NCBI RefSeq assembly: GCF_963921235.1
Contig: NC_086097.1
Coordinates: forward strand, 237,524,001 to 237,588,000
DNA: 64,000 nt
Reading direction: 5' to 3'
Source: Mobula hypostoma
Lineage: Eukaryota
Part shown: one piece after another, positions 38,370 to 51,765 of the stretch
Numbering within the stretch: position 1 is the stretch's first letter
How the letters are laid out: each line of letters starts with the position of its first letter
Translations under genes and position numbers: made by a program
Notes under the pieces: generated by a model
The model's input: the letters and a program-made list of their open reading frames with translations, nothing else
The model's database searches: none
What the model was told of the DNA's origin: nothing

Positions 38370-39150
38370 TCTCTGTTTGCAGATGACACAAAGGCTGGTG
38401 GTGTTGTGGATAGTGTAGAGAGTGGTCGTAGGTTACTTTGGGATATTGATAGGATGCAGGTCTGAGCTGAAAAATGACAGTTGGAGTTCAATCTGGAAAA
38501 CGATGAAGAGGTACATTTTTGCAGATTAAAACCGAAGAGGGAGTATGAGGTTAATATCAGGTTTCTTGGCTGTGTGGAGGAACATGGGTATCTTGATGTC
38601 CAAGTCTGTAAGTCCCTCAAAGTTGCTGTGCCATTTGCTTGGGTGGGTAGGAAGGCTTCTGGTGTGCTGACCTTCACTAGTCTGGGGATTGAGTTCAACA
38701 GTAATGAGGTAATGTTGCAGCTCAATAAAACTCTGGTTAGACCACACATATTGTGTTCAATTCTGGTTACCTTGTAAGAAAGATGTGGAAGCTTTAGAGA
38801 AGGTGCAGAGGAGATATACCAGGATGCTGCCTGAACTAGAGAACATGCCTTATGAGAAAAAGTTGAGTGAGCTAGGGCTTGTCCCTTCGGAGTGAAGGAG
38901 AATAAGAAGTGACTTGATAGAGGTGTACATTATGATAAGAGGCATAGATCGAGTGGAAAGCCAGTGCTTTTAACTAGGGTGGCAATGGTGAGCATCAGGG
39001 GACACACTTTTAGGGTAAGTGGAAATGAGAGGAAATGTCAGATTTAGTTGTTCTCCTAGACAGAGAGTGTTGGTCCCTGGAATACACTGCCAATGGTGGC
39101 GGTAGTGTTTCTTACATGAGGGACATTTAAGGGACCATTAGATAGGTGCA
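38370..39150 (+). mobile_element. CR1 RT/3' fragment
   Basis: tttgcagatgacacaaag (FADDTK); [15 protein letters not shown]. Confidence 0.8.
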
Positions 39151-40014
39151 TGTACTAATATCAGTTTCACAAAAATGGTTTCTAAGTTAATTCGCCACTG
39201 GAAAGAACCATGAGGTGGCTGGGGAGAGTTTATCAGAGGTGCGGGGAAAACAGTTTACATGCAATTATAGTGGGGTAATGGGCTTTTCTGTGAAGTGGTA
39301 CAGTCGCAAATAGAAACATAGCCCTGCACAGTATATTGATCCGCCGTACCTTTCGAAAAGCAAATGACCTGGTGTATTTACGCAAAATGAGCAGTAAGAA
39401 ACATAATAATCAATAACACATACACAAACTGAAATGAATCAAATAAAATATACTTTCCTTCAGGTGGCAATTGTATCTTCCCATTTATTTCAGCAGGGCC
39501 GCTGGCACAGGTTGACAGGCAAGCATAATGGAAGATTCCACTGCCAGCTGAAGCCAGGAATTCATAACTACCATGAAAAAATGTAGATCAATGCAACAGA
39601 AGTGCCGATTCCCAGGCAGATGTTCTGCTTCACTGTGTTTCAGCAGGCTAGTCAAGCAAGGTCATTACCTTACCTCTCCCTAAAGGCCACTCAATGGAGG
39701 TCACAGGGTAAGAAATACATAGAGGTTTTTTTCAAAGGTGAAAGCGGAGATCTTATTTACATTTAATGGAAGTTAACTATGATGACCTTTTTGCCCCAGC
39801 TGCTCTGTTTTCCTTAATTCACTGATGGCCTCTCTTTTTGTTTGACATCACCTTACACCTCATCCTTTTGATTACTAAAGCATAACTGGGAAAAAATACT
39901 TTATTCACTCAAACCCTTTGTGAGTTTGAATAGCTCTGTTCAATCTATTAAAATACGATGTTCTCAGGACATCAGTCTGAAGCCAAGTTTAACAATAAAA
40001 TGCTTTGCTATCAG

Positions 40015-41130
40015 ACACATAGAGTCATAGAAAAATACAGCACTGAAGCAGGCCTTTCAGTCCATCTAGTCCATACTGAAGCCATTTAAACAGCCTACTC
40101 CCGTCGACCTGCACAGGGACCAGAGTCCTCAGTACTCCTACAATCCATGTACCTATCTATAACATGTTTTAAACTTTGAAATTGAGTTTGTGTACACCAC
40201 TTGTGTTGGCAGCTCATTCCACACTCTCATGACCTCTCAGAAGAGTGAAGAAGTTTCCCCTCATGTTCCCCTTAAACTTTTCACCATTCACCCTTAACCT
40301 ATGACCTCTGGTTGTATTCCCTTCCAACATCAGTTAAAAAAGCCTGCTTCCATTTTCCCTATCAACGCCCCTCGTAAATTTGTATTCCTCTATCAAATCT
40401 CCCCTCAATCTTCAAGATTCCAAGGAATAAACTCCTAACCTACTCAATCTTTCCTTATAACTCAGGTCCTCCAGACCCAGCAACATCCTTATAAATTTTC
40501 TCTGCACTCTTTCAACCTTATTTACATCTTTCCTGTAGGTAGGTGACCAAAACTGCACACAATAATCCAAATTAGACCTCACCAACATCTTATATAACTT
40601 CAGCATAACATCCCATTTCCTGGACTCAGTACTTTGATTTATGAAGGACAATATGCCAAAAGCTTTCTTAGTGACCCTCATTGCCTGTGATGCCACTTTC
40701 AACAAATAATGTACCTGTATTCCCATATCCCTTTGTTCTACCACACTCAGTGCTCTGTTGTTCATTGTGTAAGACCTACCTTGGTTAGTTCCACCGAAGT
40801 TCAACACCTTGCATTTGTCAGCACTAAATTCCATCTGCCATTTTTCAGCCTATTTTTCCAAGCAGTCCAGATCCCACTGCAAGCCATAACAGCCTTCTTC
40901 ATTGTCCAGTACACCCCCAGTCTTGGTGTCATCCGCAAATTAGCTGATCCAATTAACTATGCTATCATCCAGATCGTCGGTATAGGTAAAAAACAGCAAT
41001 GGACCCAGCACCAATCCCTGCGGCACTCCACTAGCCACTGGCCTCTAGTCAGAGAGGCAACCATCTACTACGACTCTCTGGCTTCTCCCACAAACTCAAT
41101 GTCTAATCCAATTCACTATCTCATCTTGAG
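40015..41130 (-). mobile_element. CR1 RT/3' fragment
   Basis: ORF 40412-40834 MEFSADKCKVLNFG..; GVPQGLVLGPLLF upstream. Confidence 0.85.
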
Positions 41131-41179
41131 TACCGAGAACAATTTATGTTGAAACTCAGCCCATTAATTAAGTCACCAT

Positions 41180-41715
41180 CTATAGGCCTTACTTGGTTTA
41201 TTAAGGTTGTTATAGCCAAGGGTGGTAATGGGAACATACTCCCACTAACTACTAAAGGCTCCCAGTGGCGCATGATAGCCTCTGACAACCAAGTCCAGTT
41301 CCTGGCCTCCACATCTGGCTTTGAACTGGCAGAACCATTTCTATTGCTGGAGGTGGGCAGATGGAGTTCGCCAGTTGGCAGCTCATCTAGGAGAAGGAAA
41401 AGTCTGATCTCAAACCTCCGCTGCCTTGTTCCTTCACTCATGAGGAAGGAATCAGGAGCAAAACCCCAGGAGAAAAATCCAGATCTGGAGACCCTAAGGC
41501 AGTCCTACCTTAAGTTCAACACTGACTGGCAACACTTCCAATGCTGTTGGTGTCAAACTGTAGTAGCCTTCGCCTTTGGGTTCATCAGATGCATGGAGAG
41601 AGGGAGCTTGCTTCATGGGCTATAGCTTGCTCGCCATATTTTAGTGCCCTGGCTTGCATTTCTAGACAGCTAGGACGCAACGTCCATGGCCAACTCTGAC
41701 CAATGCAGGCCTCCA
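41180..41715 (+). mobile_element. RTE-like non-autonomous element derived from a 5' region
   Basis: ggcagctcatctaggagaaggaaaagtctgatctcaaacc resembles the conserved 5'-region motif of RTE LINEs. Confidence 0.45.
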
Positions 41716-42099
41716 TAGGCATTACTACCTTATTAGAGTGAGACATAATGAGAGTCACAACTTTTAACAAAGTTAAAACTTTTAACAAACAGTATTGGCA
41801 TCCCAAGCATTGATTCCACATCTTGATAGATCAGAATACAATTTATTCTGCAAACAATTTTGAACAGTTTTCCGAAGTCATTCAAGATTATACAACTATG
41901 GAAGAGCTATTTAGTTTCCAATAATCAATTAGGAATTCTCTTTCAAATAAATTCTAATTATTTCATTGAAGGTATGAAGATATTACCAATATTAAGCTAT
42001 AGGTCCTCTCAGGGTGAAATAACAACACTTCATATTCCATCTGGGTAGCCTCCAATGTGATGGCATGAACATCAATTTATCTAACTTACGATAATTTCT

Positions 42100-43325
42100 T
42101 TGAGAAGTTGGTGATGGCCAGAGTCAACTCCTACCTAAAAAAGAACTTGGACCCTCTGCAATTTGCCTATCACAATATGGCACGGTGGATGCAACCGCAC
42201 TTGGCCTTGGATCACCTGGACAATAGTAGTGGACAATAGTAATGTACAATAATTAACTAGGTGCCGGGCAGCACCTAATTAATTAGCTTGTTTATTTCGG
42301 CTTTTTTCTTAAAGACGTACTGAGTGTGTCCCGGCTACCGCTGCACCCCTGCGTGCTTCGTGGATCGGTATCGTGGCCCGGAGGTTGGGGACCACTGGCT
42401 TAGCCCACTGGTCTACACTCCCTACACCCATGATTGTGTAGCGAGACACAGCTCAAATGCCATCTGTATATTTGCTGATGACACAACTATTGTTGGCAGA
42501 ATTTCAGATGGTGACAAGGAGATGTACAGGAGTGAGATAGATCAACTGGTTCAGTTGTATCACAGTAACAACCTGGTATTCAACATCAGTAAGACCAAGT
42601 AATTGACTTTGGACTTCAGGAAGGAGGATTCGAGGGAACACACACCTGTCCTCACCAAGAGATCAGAAGTGGAAAGGGAAATAATTTCAAGTTCCTGGGT
42701 GTCAACCTCTCTGAGGATCTATCCTGGTCCCAACATATTGATTCAATTACAGAAAAGGCACCACAGCAGTTCTATTTCATTAGGAATTTGAGGAGACTGA
42801 GAATGTCACCACTGGCTGTGCCATGGAGAGCATTCTAACTGGTTGCGCCACCATCTGGTATGGAGGGGCTACTGCACAGGATCGGAAAAAGCTGCAGAAG
42901 ATTGTAAACTTAGCAAGCTCCATCACGGGTACGAGCCTCCCCAGCATCGATGGCAGCTTCAAAAGGTGGCATCCATTATGAAGGGCCCCCATCATCCAGG
43001 ACATTCAGTCTTCTCATTGCTGCCATCAAGGAGAAGTTACAGGAGCCAGAAGACATACTGAATGTCTCGGAAGCAGCTTCTTCCCCTCTGCCATCAGATT
43101 TCTGAATGGAAAATGACCCCATGAATCCAGTATTTATTCCTCTCTTTTTGCTGCAAAATTTGCTTTTTATTCTTTCTTACTTATCTTCCAATATTTTTAT
43201 CTGAGCACTTGTAATGCTATTGTGAGACTGTAATTTCCTTTGGGATCAATAAAGTGTCTACCTATCTAAAACAACACATTTCATGACATAATATCTAGTG
43301 ATATTAAACCCGAATCTGATTCTGA
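42100..43325 (+). mobile_element. Rex1 RT fragment containing a one-ended hAT MITE (~42245-42397)
   Basis: DPLQFAY, LSPLVYTPYTHDC, FADDTTIVG; the hAT end reads gaggttggggaccactg|gcttagcc. Confidence 0.8.
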
Positions 43326-43329
43326 CTGT

Positions 43330-43720
43330 CTCTTCTTCGACTCCCAACTCTCCTCTTACCACTTCTCTTCTCCTCACCAACCTATCTCCACCCACTGGTG
43401 CTCTCCTCCTTCCCTTTCTCGCAAGGTCCACTCATTTCTCCAAACGGATTCTTCTTCTTCAACTCTATTCCTTTTCTACCTATCATCTCCCAGCTTCTCA
43501 CTTCGTTGCTCCCTCTGCCACCCACCTAACTTCTCCCTCGCCTGGCTTCACATATCATTTGCCAGTTTGAATACCTTCCCTTCCTTGCACCTTCTTATTC
43601 TGGAATCTGCCCTCTTCCTTTCCAGTCCTGATGAAGGGACATGGACTCAAATGTTGACTGTATATTCCTTTCTATAGATCTGCCTGACCCGCTGAGTGCA
43701 TCCTGCATTTTGTTTGTGTT
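43330..43720 (+). mobile_element. Penelope 3' UTR and terminal repeat, degenerate
   Basis: ccagtcctgatgaagggacatggactcaaatgttgactg followed by the terminal repeat. Confidence 0.7.
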
Positions 43721-43920
43721 ACCCATTAGTTGTTTCTGCTTTTGCACAAAGCTAGTGATCCGGTCATCAGCATTAAGTGCCACGTTGTATGAGGTTGGCG
43801 AACATGGTTTTTCTATGACTATGATTGCTCTTGGCAAATTTTTTACAGAAGTGGTTTGCCATTGCCTTCTCTTGGGCAGTGTCCTTACCAGATGGGTGAC
43901 CTCAGGCATTATCAATGCTC

Positions 43921-44126
43921 AAACAAGAGAAACTCTGCAGATGCTGGAAATCAAAGTATATACACAAAATGGTGGAGAAACTCAGCCGACCAGGCAGCAT
44001 CTATGGAAAAGAATAAACAATCGATATTTCGGGCCAAAACCCTTCGTCAATCCTGATGAAGAGTCTCAGCCTCTAAGGTCGATTATTTACTGTGTTCCAT
44101 AGATGCTGCCTGGCCTGCTGAGTTCA
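43921..44126. mobile_element. Penelope fold-back insertion inside the RTE-SINE
   Basis: Inverted terminal repeats meeting at cccttcgtcaatcctgatgaa; TSD attatcaatgctc/attatcaatacac. Confidence 0.75.
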
Positions 44127-45769
44127 ATTATCAATACACTTCAGAGATTGTCTGCCTGGCATCAGTGGTCGCATCACCTGGACTTGTGATATGCACCGGC
44201 TGCTCATGCATCCATCCACCACCTGCTTCCATGGCTTCCCATGACTCTGATCAGGTGGATAAGCAAGTGCTACACCTTGCCTAAGGGTGACCTGAAAGCT
44301 AGTGGATGGAAGGAGCACTTTACACCGCCTTTGGGAGAGAGGTATCTCAAATCCTGCCACCCAAAGCGATCAAAGGATTGGCAAGAGTGAAGCACTACGA
44401 GAGGGGCGTGGGGCAGATGGCAGAGGAGGAGTGCCAGATGCGGGGAGTGGCGCAGGTGCAGACACACCCAGCCCAGGGACGTGAGGCTGGGTCATTTGAT
44501 TTCAAACAATTGGTTTATTGATTATTACAGAATGTCTCTCGGGTGCTTCCTGCTCCCTTCAACCAAGTGAGAGGGTGCAAAGGAGATTTACCAGGATGCT
44601 GCCTGGGATTAGAGAGCATGCCTTGTGAGGAAAGGTTCAGTGAGCTCGGGCTTTTCTTTCTGAAACAAAAGAGGATGAAAGGTGACTTGATAGAGGTGGA
44701 CAAAATCACAAGAAGCACAGATCGAGTGGTCAGTCAGAGATTTTTTCCTGGGGCAGATATGGCTAACACAAGGGAGCATAATTTTAAGGTGATTGGAGGG
44801 AAGTATAGGGAGGATGTCAGAAGTGGGTTTTTACATAGAGAATGATGGGGTTAGAGACAGATACATTTATTTATATATGCTAATCATAAAATGCAGGTCA
44901 GAGAGGTCTTCTTCAAACTGAACTCCAGCTTGGTCAGATCACATGAAGAGCCGTCAGTCCTTGGTCAGTGACACACAAGACATTGCAAAGAAGAGAGTCA
45001 TGAATGATCACAAATGTCAGAACCTGAGATAAAAAGGGCAGATTAAGAAATTTTGGAATTTCTTGCATTGAGAGGAGCTATCTAAAAAACTTTGTATATA
45101 AGTATGCAAGATAGTTAACATCATGAAAAATGAAACTCAGGAAATTAAAATAACTTGCTTAATTGAGAAAAGCTGGTAGAAAGATATTTTTGAAGTCATT
45201 ATTCGTGGAATTAGACTCCACATGGAATGCCAATGGTTTCAAATTACTTGGGCATTGCAGGACCAACAGACTGCAGTCATACTCAGGGTAAGCAGAGTGG
45301 AGGTGGAGATGATATTTCCTATAGCGGGAGAGTCTATGACCAGAGGGCATAGCCTCAGCCTACAAGGACGTCCCTTTAGAAAAGAGAATGAGAACGAATT
45401 TCAGTAGCCAGAGAGTGATGAATCTGTGAAACTTATTGTCATAGACAACTGCGGAGTTAAGTCAGTGGGTATATTTAAAGCAGAGGCTGATAGGTTCCAG
45501 ATCAGTAAGGGATCCAAAGGTTACAGGGAGATGGCAGGAGAAAGGGGCTCTCCTTTGAGAGGGGTAATAAATCAACCATGATCAAAATACGGAGCAGCCT
45601 CGATGGGCCGAATGGCCTAATTCTGCATCGACATCTTATGGTTGGCGAGTGGTGAGTGTACAAATCAGATGTAGATGATGAATAACTTTCCTCATCATAA
45701 TCATGTTCACATCTTCATTATATATTTCATTATTATTCTGATGCTGAGTGAAAAAGATCTAACAAATAT

Positions 45770-47462
45770 ATGAGGAGCGTTGAATGGCTCTGGGCCTCTA
45801 TTCACTGGACTTCAAAAGAATGGGGGGGGATCTTATTGAGAACGATCGAATGTTGAAATGTCTCAATAGAGTAATATCTGAAGAGGATGTTTCCTATGGG
45901 GGGGGGGAGTCTACGACTAGAGGACATGGTCTCAGAATAGAGGGATGTCCACTTAGAATGGAGGTAAGGAGGAGTTTCTTTAGCCAGAGAGTGGTGAATC
46001 TGTGGATTTCACTGCCAAAGCAGCTGTGGAGACCAAATATTTGGTTATATAAAGAAGACCTTGATAAATTCCTGATTAGTCAGGGCTTGAAGCGATATGG
46101 GGAGAAAGCAGGAGATTGGGGCTGAAGCAGAGATGGATCAGTCATGATGAACAGAGCACACTCTGTGGGCCAAATCATAAACCATAGAAATCTACAGCAC
46201 ATTACAGGCCTTTCGCCCCACAATGTTGTGCCAACAATGTAACCTGCTCTAGAAACTGCCTAGAATTTCCCTACCGCATAGCCCTCTATTTTTCTAAGCT
46301 CCACGTACCTATCTAAAAGTCTCTTAAAAGACCCTATTGTATCCACCTCTACCATTATTGCTGGCAGTGCATTCCACGCACCCATCACCCTCTGTGTAAA
46401 AATCTTACCTCTGACATCCCCCTTGTACCTACTTCCAAGTACCTTAAAACTTTATCCCCTCGTGTTAGCCATTTCAGCCATGGGAAAAAGCCTCTGGCTA
46501 TCAACATGATCAATGCCTCTCATCATCTTATGCACCTCTGTTAGGTCACATCTCATCCTCCATCACTCCAAGGAGAAAAGGCTAAGTTCACTCAACCTAT
46601 TCTCATAAGGTATGACCTCCAATCCAGGCAACATCCTTGTAAATCTCCTCTGTACTCTGTCTGTAATACCCACATCCTTCCTGTAGCAAGGTGACCAGAA
46701 CTGAACACAATACTCCATGCAGGGTCTAACTAAGGTCTTATATAGCTATAACATTACCCCACAGCTCTTGAACTCAATCCCATAGTTGATGAAGGCCATC
46801 ACACCATACACCTTCTTAACAACACTATCTAACTGTGGAGCAGCTTTGAGTGTCTTATGGACACGGACCCTAAAATCTTGCTGATCCTTCGCTCTGCTAA
46901 GTGTCTTGCCATTAAAGTGATATTCTGTATTCAAATTTGACGTTCCAAAATGAAACACTTCACGCTTATCTGGGTTGAACTCCATCTGCCACTTTTCAGC
47001 CCAGTTCTACATCCTATTAAAGTCCCACTGTAGCCTTTGACACCCCTCCAGACTATCCACAACACCCCAACTTTTGTGTCATCAGCTATCTTACTAACGC
47101 ACCCTTCTACTTCCTCATCCAGGTTATTTATAAAAATCATTCATAGTCCTTCCTTTCTTCATAAATTGGTAAGAGGAGAATGAATTACATTCTATTTTTT
47201 CTGTATTATACATTCTATATCAAATTTATACTTTGTAGCCAACATTATGTGTGATTCTGATTTTGTTTATTTTACCCTCTGTATGTACTGTTATTGACAT
47301 ATATAGCAGAGATATTCTCCTCCTGTTTCTATACACACTTCTTTAAAAATCAATAACAAGATTGGAAAAAGAAAGAAAGAAAAATCACAAAGAGGAGGGG
47401 TCCCAGAACAGATCCCTGCAGAACACTATGGCCTAATACTGCTCCTACGTCTTTTGGTCTAT
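45770..47462. mobile_element. Three-level nest: plus-strand CR1 tail containing a minus-strand CR1 (46176-47428), which contains an L1-like 3' tail (47140-47379)
   Basis: The outer tail gggccaaat|...|tggcctaat rejoins. The innermost insert has aataac, a (GAAA)n tail and TSD aaaaatca (47132-47139, 47380-47387). Confidence 0.75.
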
Positions 47463-47537
47463 AATTAGGGTCTAATTATAACCAGTTTTCAAAAATCATA
47501 GCTACATCAATGCTGAAAATTATAAGGGTATAATCTA

Positions 47538-47720
47538 GCAACACACATCAAAGTTGCTGGTGAACGCAGCAGGCCGGGCAGCATCTCTAGGAAGAGGTAC
47601 AGTCGACGTTTCAGGCCGAGACCTGAGACCTCTTCCTAGAGATGCTGCCTGGCCTGCTGCGTTCACCAGCAACTTTGACGTGTGTTGCTTGAATTTCCAG
47701 CATCTGCAGAATTCCTGTTG
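47538..47720. mobile_element. Penelope fold-back insertion, young
   Basis: ~60-bp near-perfect inverted arms; 15-bp TSD taagggtataa(t/a)cta at 47523-47537 and 47721-47735. Confidence 0.85.
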
Positions 47721-49654
47721 TAAGGGTATAAACTAAATCACTTCCAGTTGGTGTTGCAACACTTGATCATGAATATTGATATATAAAGCCATTAAAAGTT
47801 TACTTCCATGTCTTCTAAAACACCGAACATGCTCCACTTCTAGATACTATGGAAAACTAGATACCATTGAGTCTGCAGTATAAATATAGGATATTATTTC
47901 CTTTTAACAAGTTGAAATAAATTCCAACTTCAATACAAAGTCATTGAAAAAACCACCCATCACTTCCGTCATTCGATTAGTGACAACTGACCAGAACTTA
48001 CTGCACTTTCCCTTCCTTTGTTCCACCTTAATTGACAGATAGAATATTGAATAGTACAGCACAGAAACAGGCTATTCAGCCCACAATGTTGTGCTGAACC
48101 AGCTAAAAAGCAAAACAAAAGCAAATCTAATCTCTTCTACCTTCACAATGTCCATCCCCCTCCATCTTTCTTATATCCACTTGCCTATCGGAACATCTCT
48201 TAAAAAGCCTCTAATGACTTTGCCTCAGCCACCATACCAGGAGAGACATTCCAGGCATCCACGACTCCATGAGTGAAAAACTGACCCCTCACATCCCCCT
48301 TGAATCTACCCCCTCTCACCTTCAATGCATGCCCTGTGGTATCAGACATTTCAACCCTGGGGAATGAATACTCCCTGTCTAGCCTATCTATGCCTCTCAT
48401 TTTAAATCTCATAAAATTATATTGAAATCAGTTCTGTAAATTTCCTTTCATCCAGCATTTATTGGTTATTTGAATAGTCAGCTTTAAGTTTATGACACTT
48501 GGAATGCATTTCTGCAAATCACTCGGTTACGGCCTGATCAAAATTTAAGAAAATGTCTCTTCCCTCATGAGAGGGAACAGTTACTCCCTCTCAACAGAAT
48601 ATTCAGCAAATAATGGCAAGCAACACACACATTTTTTTTGTAATAGATATACACCATGAGAAATCTACCTAAATATAAATGGCATTACAGTACTGAGTTA
48701 TTAAAAATTCAAAGTACATTTATTGTCAGTATATGTATGCAGCATACAACCCTGAGATTTGCCTTCCCACAGTCAAGAAACACCATGGAACCTGTTCAAA
48801 GAAAGCATCAAAACCCCAACATGCAAAAAAAAAGGACAAATTGCACAAATGGCAAAAGACACATGGAATACAAACATCGAACCACAGAGTCCTTGAAACA
48901 ATCAAGGAATGTTTAGTTTAGTTCAGGTCAGATCAATTTAGTGCTGTGTCATTTGGGAACTGCAGCCAGTCTACCCGAATCAAAATTGTACAAAATAGCA
49001 ATAAAAGAGGAGTAAACAGAAACTGCAAACACAAATAACATGAACTATAGAGTCCAATCCACAAGCCACATCACTATCAAGGGGAATCATTAAGTGAGTT
49101 ATTAAGGAAAACTTGACCAGAACATGATATATCCATGTACACATATTAGCCAGTTGATAGTAACAGCTGTAAATCATACAATCCAAATATAAATGATGTC
49201 GTTAGACAGAACATTAATATTATATTAACTTTCTATGCCATTTGCAGGCTATCAATGTTACATTATTTAGATTTATGTGTTACATTAACTAAGCAAGGAT
49301 TTGTGGAATTAACAGTTGCAGAACAGGGGATAGGAACACTGACACCTAAAGGGAAAAGGGATAGACAGTCCTTTAGTACCACTTCTGAATCTAAAAAATG
49401 GTGAAAATGATTTATGTATTGTCACCCAAAATTTTTTCACCTAAGGTCGCTATCCAGAATCTGGCATTAATTGCCCCTTAGCCTCTACATATTTGATCAA
49501 TTGAAATCCCGTAACCTGATCTTTAGAGCATCTAGCAATCTGATCTTCAGTTCACTGATGATTGTCTCCACTGCATCTTGTGCTTCCTATAGCAATGCAA
49601 TCTTTTTCTGCTCCACCATCTCTAAGTACTTAAGAGCAGACTACACAAAACACT

Positions 49655-50500
49655 GAAGACAAGAGATTCTGCGGACAGTGGAAATCATGAGTAACACACA
49701 CAAAGTGCTGGAGGAACTCAACAGGTCAGGCTGTACCAATGAAGAGGAGTCAACAGTTGACATTTCAGACTGAGGTCCTTCATCAGGGCTGGAAAGTAAA
49801 GGGGGCAGAAGCCAGGATAAGCAGACAGAGCAAGTAGGAGGATTACGAATTGTTAGGTGACAGGTGAGGCTAAGGAATGGGGAAGATGGGTGGTTAGGGA
49901 AAGGGGAATGATGTAAGAGGCTGACTGGAGATAGGTGTAACAGGTAAAGGGCTGAAGAACAAGGGAATAAATAGGAGAGGACGGGGGACCATGGGAGAAA
50001 GAGAAGGAGGGAAAAAACCAGAGGTAGGTAGTGGGCAGGTTATAAGGGAGAAGACGAATCGAGGTGAGAGGGAAACCATATTGGGGAATGGAAAAGGATA
50101 TAAAGTGGTTGGGGAATGGAAAAGGATATAAAGTGTTAGGTGAAAAGAAGGGGCTAGTAATTTCCATAAGTTATAGAAATCGATGTTTATGTCATCAGGT
50201 TGGAGGCTATCTAGTTGGAATGTAAGGTATTGCTCCTCCAGCCTGTGTTTGGCCTCACTGGAGGCCGTGAACTGACATATCTGTTTGGGAATGGGAACTA
50301 CACCAGGAAATGGATTGCCACTGGGAAATTCTGCTTTTTGCGGTGGACAGATTTTGCTTCCTCCCCCACCTTCTTATCCTACCTTCTGCCCTGTATTCTG
50401 TGGGCCTGATGAAGGGTCTCAGCCCAAATCATCGGCTGTGTATTCCTGTCCATGGATGCTGTCTGACCTGCTGAGTTCCTCCGGCATTTTGTTTGTGCCA
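49655..50500 (-). mobile_element. Penelope 3' fragment (minus strand) joined to an inverted terminal repeat (plus, ~50355-50500)
   Basis: GIY-YIG C-terminal remnant RLEEQYLTFQLDSLQPDDINIDF; hammerhead motifs at 49754-49791 (-) and ~50403-50437 (+). Confidence 0.75.
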
Positions 50501-50944
50501 TGTGAAACACTCAGTTTATTTACTAATGAAACTTGGTGAAAAGAGTAGAGAGCACATCAAGTTCATTCACAATGCATCCCTATTATCCCACAAGAAGCAG
50601 GAACATTTGTTTGGATCTTACAAAGAAAATGTAGCCCACTAACAATTCAAGAAAGGATATATTAAAGTCTCCGCTAAAGATAAGTATATTTATCTCTCAA
50701 GAGGAGATAGATACATCCCAAATAATCCTCAGTTCATTCAACAACTGAGCTCTGCTTAAAAATCTTATCTCCTTTTATTAGCATATTGTTAATGGCATAG
50801 ATGATTTAATAATGAATCTACTTTGCGTTTATACTTCTTTGATTTTTTGCCAAGCATCGCCATCTGATTTGCTAAAACTAGTAAAATAAGGCAATGAATA
50901 CCTCAAAATATGTATAAAATAATTCTACTTCACAAGTCATTCTT

Positions 50945-51765
50945 TTAGATGGTGGCATGCTCCTAAGCAGTGGCCTCTCTAGGCCAAGCGAAGATATTTT
51001 TATCCTTTTACTTTTTTGTCTTTTTTTCACAATTGGAATACACTGCTGGACATTAAAAATTTCAAGTACTGCAGGCCTACCCCCATCAGTGAGTTGCGTG
51101 TTAGTGGAGGAGCTGGATTTGGACGGTGTCACTGCTTACTCCAGAAAGGCAACAGAGTTGGTGCACAAAGCCGGTGTGCAGCCCAACAGCGCGTGATCTT
51201 CTATTGCTTTTCTTGTGATCTCAAGACCCTGTTGGACATCGTTAATGTGGAATGCTGCAAGTTGGATTCACTGACTTGTTGACGAACGGCCGGGGCAGAT
51301 GTCAGAGGAGCTGCGCGGCCTTGGTCATAGCGAGAGAAAGGCCTTAAGCCGCGGCGTTGCCTCTTTACAGAGAGGTGTCAGAGTCAGTCTGTTCCACTGG
51401 AGGTGGTGTGGTGCTGCATCCAAACTGGATTGGAGGCCGGCCAATCCCAACAGTGCTGCCTCCAGTGTTCGCTCGGTGGAAGACAAGATGGATAGCGTGT
51501 ATTCATTCGTCTGCTAAGACTTGATCCTGCTGACAGCATCAATGCACCATTACTCTACAGGACATGCCATTTAAGGACTTGGGCTATATTATATTTTTCT
51601 ATGTGACTGTATGTTTACTGCTATCTTATATGTGGTACAGGTGCCTTGTGCTCTGTATTACTGTTGGTGCCAGGTTTTCACTTTGACCCTGGAGGAACAC
51701 TGTTTCGTTTAGCTATATTCATGTGTGGTTGATGATAATTAAATTTGAGCTTGAACTTAAATTGA
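50945..51765 (+). mobile_element. GC-rich non-coding retroposon, ~820 bp, with (TTGAAC)-like tail
   Basis: Starts agatggtggc; 3' module shared with 1600-2032. Confidence 0.55.

Noticed and set aside
39153..39460. Possible DNA-transposon fragment (tggggtaatgggctttt)
   Set aside because: No TIR pair or TSD could be identified.
41220..41330. HDV-like ribozyme in the RTE-like 5' region
   Set aside because: Known for some RTEs, but I could not build the P1/P1.1/P2/P3 nested pseudoknot from this copy.
47538..47720. Pre-miRNA or DNA-transposon MITE reading of the hairpins
   Set aside because: The arms match the 3' end of the GIY-YIG Penelope at 54264-55091, are asymmetric, and have variable 13-15 bp TSDs.
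50080..50136. ~30-bp direct repeat as an array
   Set aside because: Only two units; a simple tandem duplication inside a Penelope UTR. No CRISPR-like or prokaryotic features were seen anywhere in the window.
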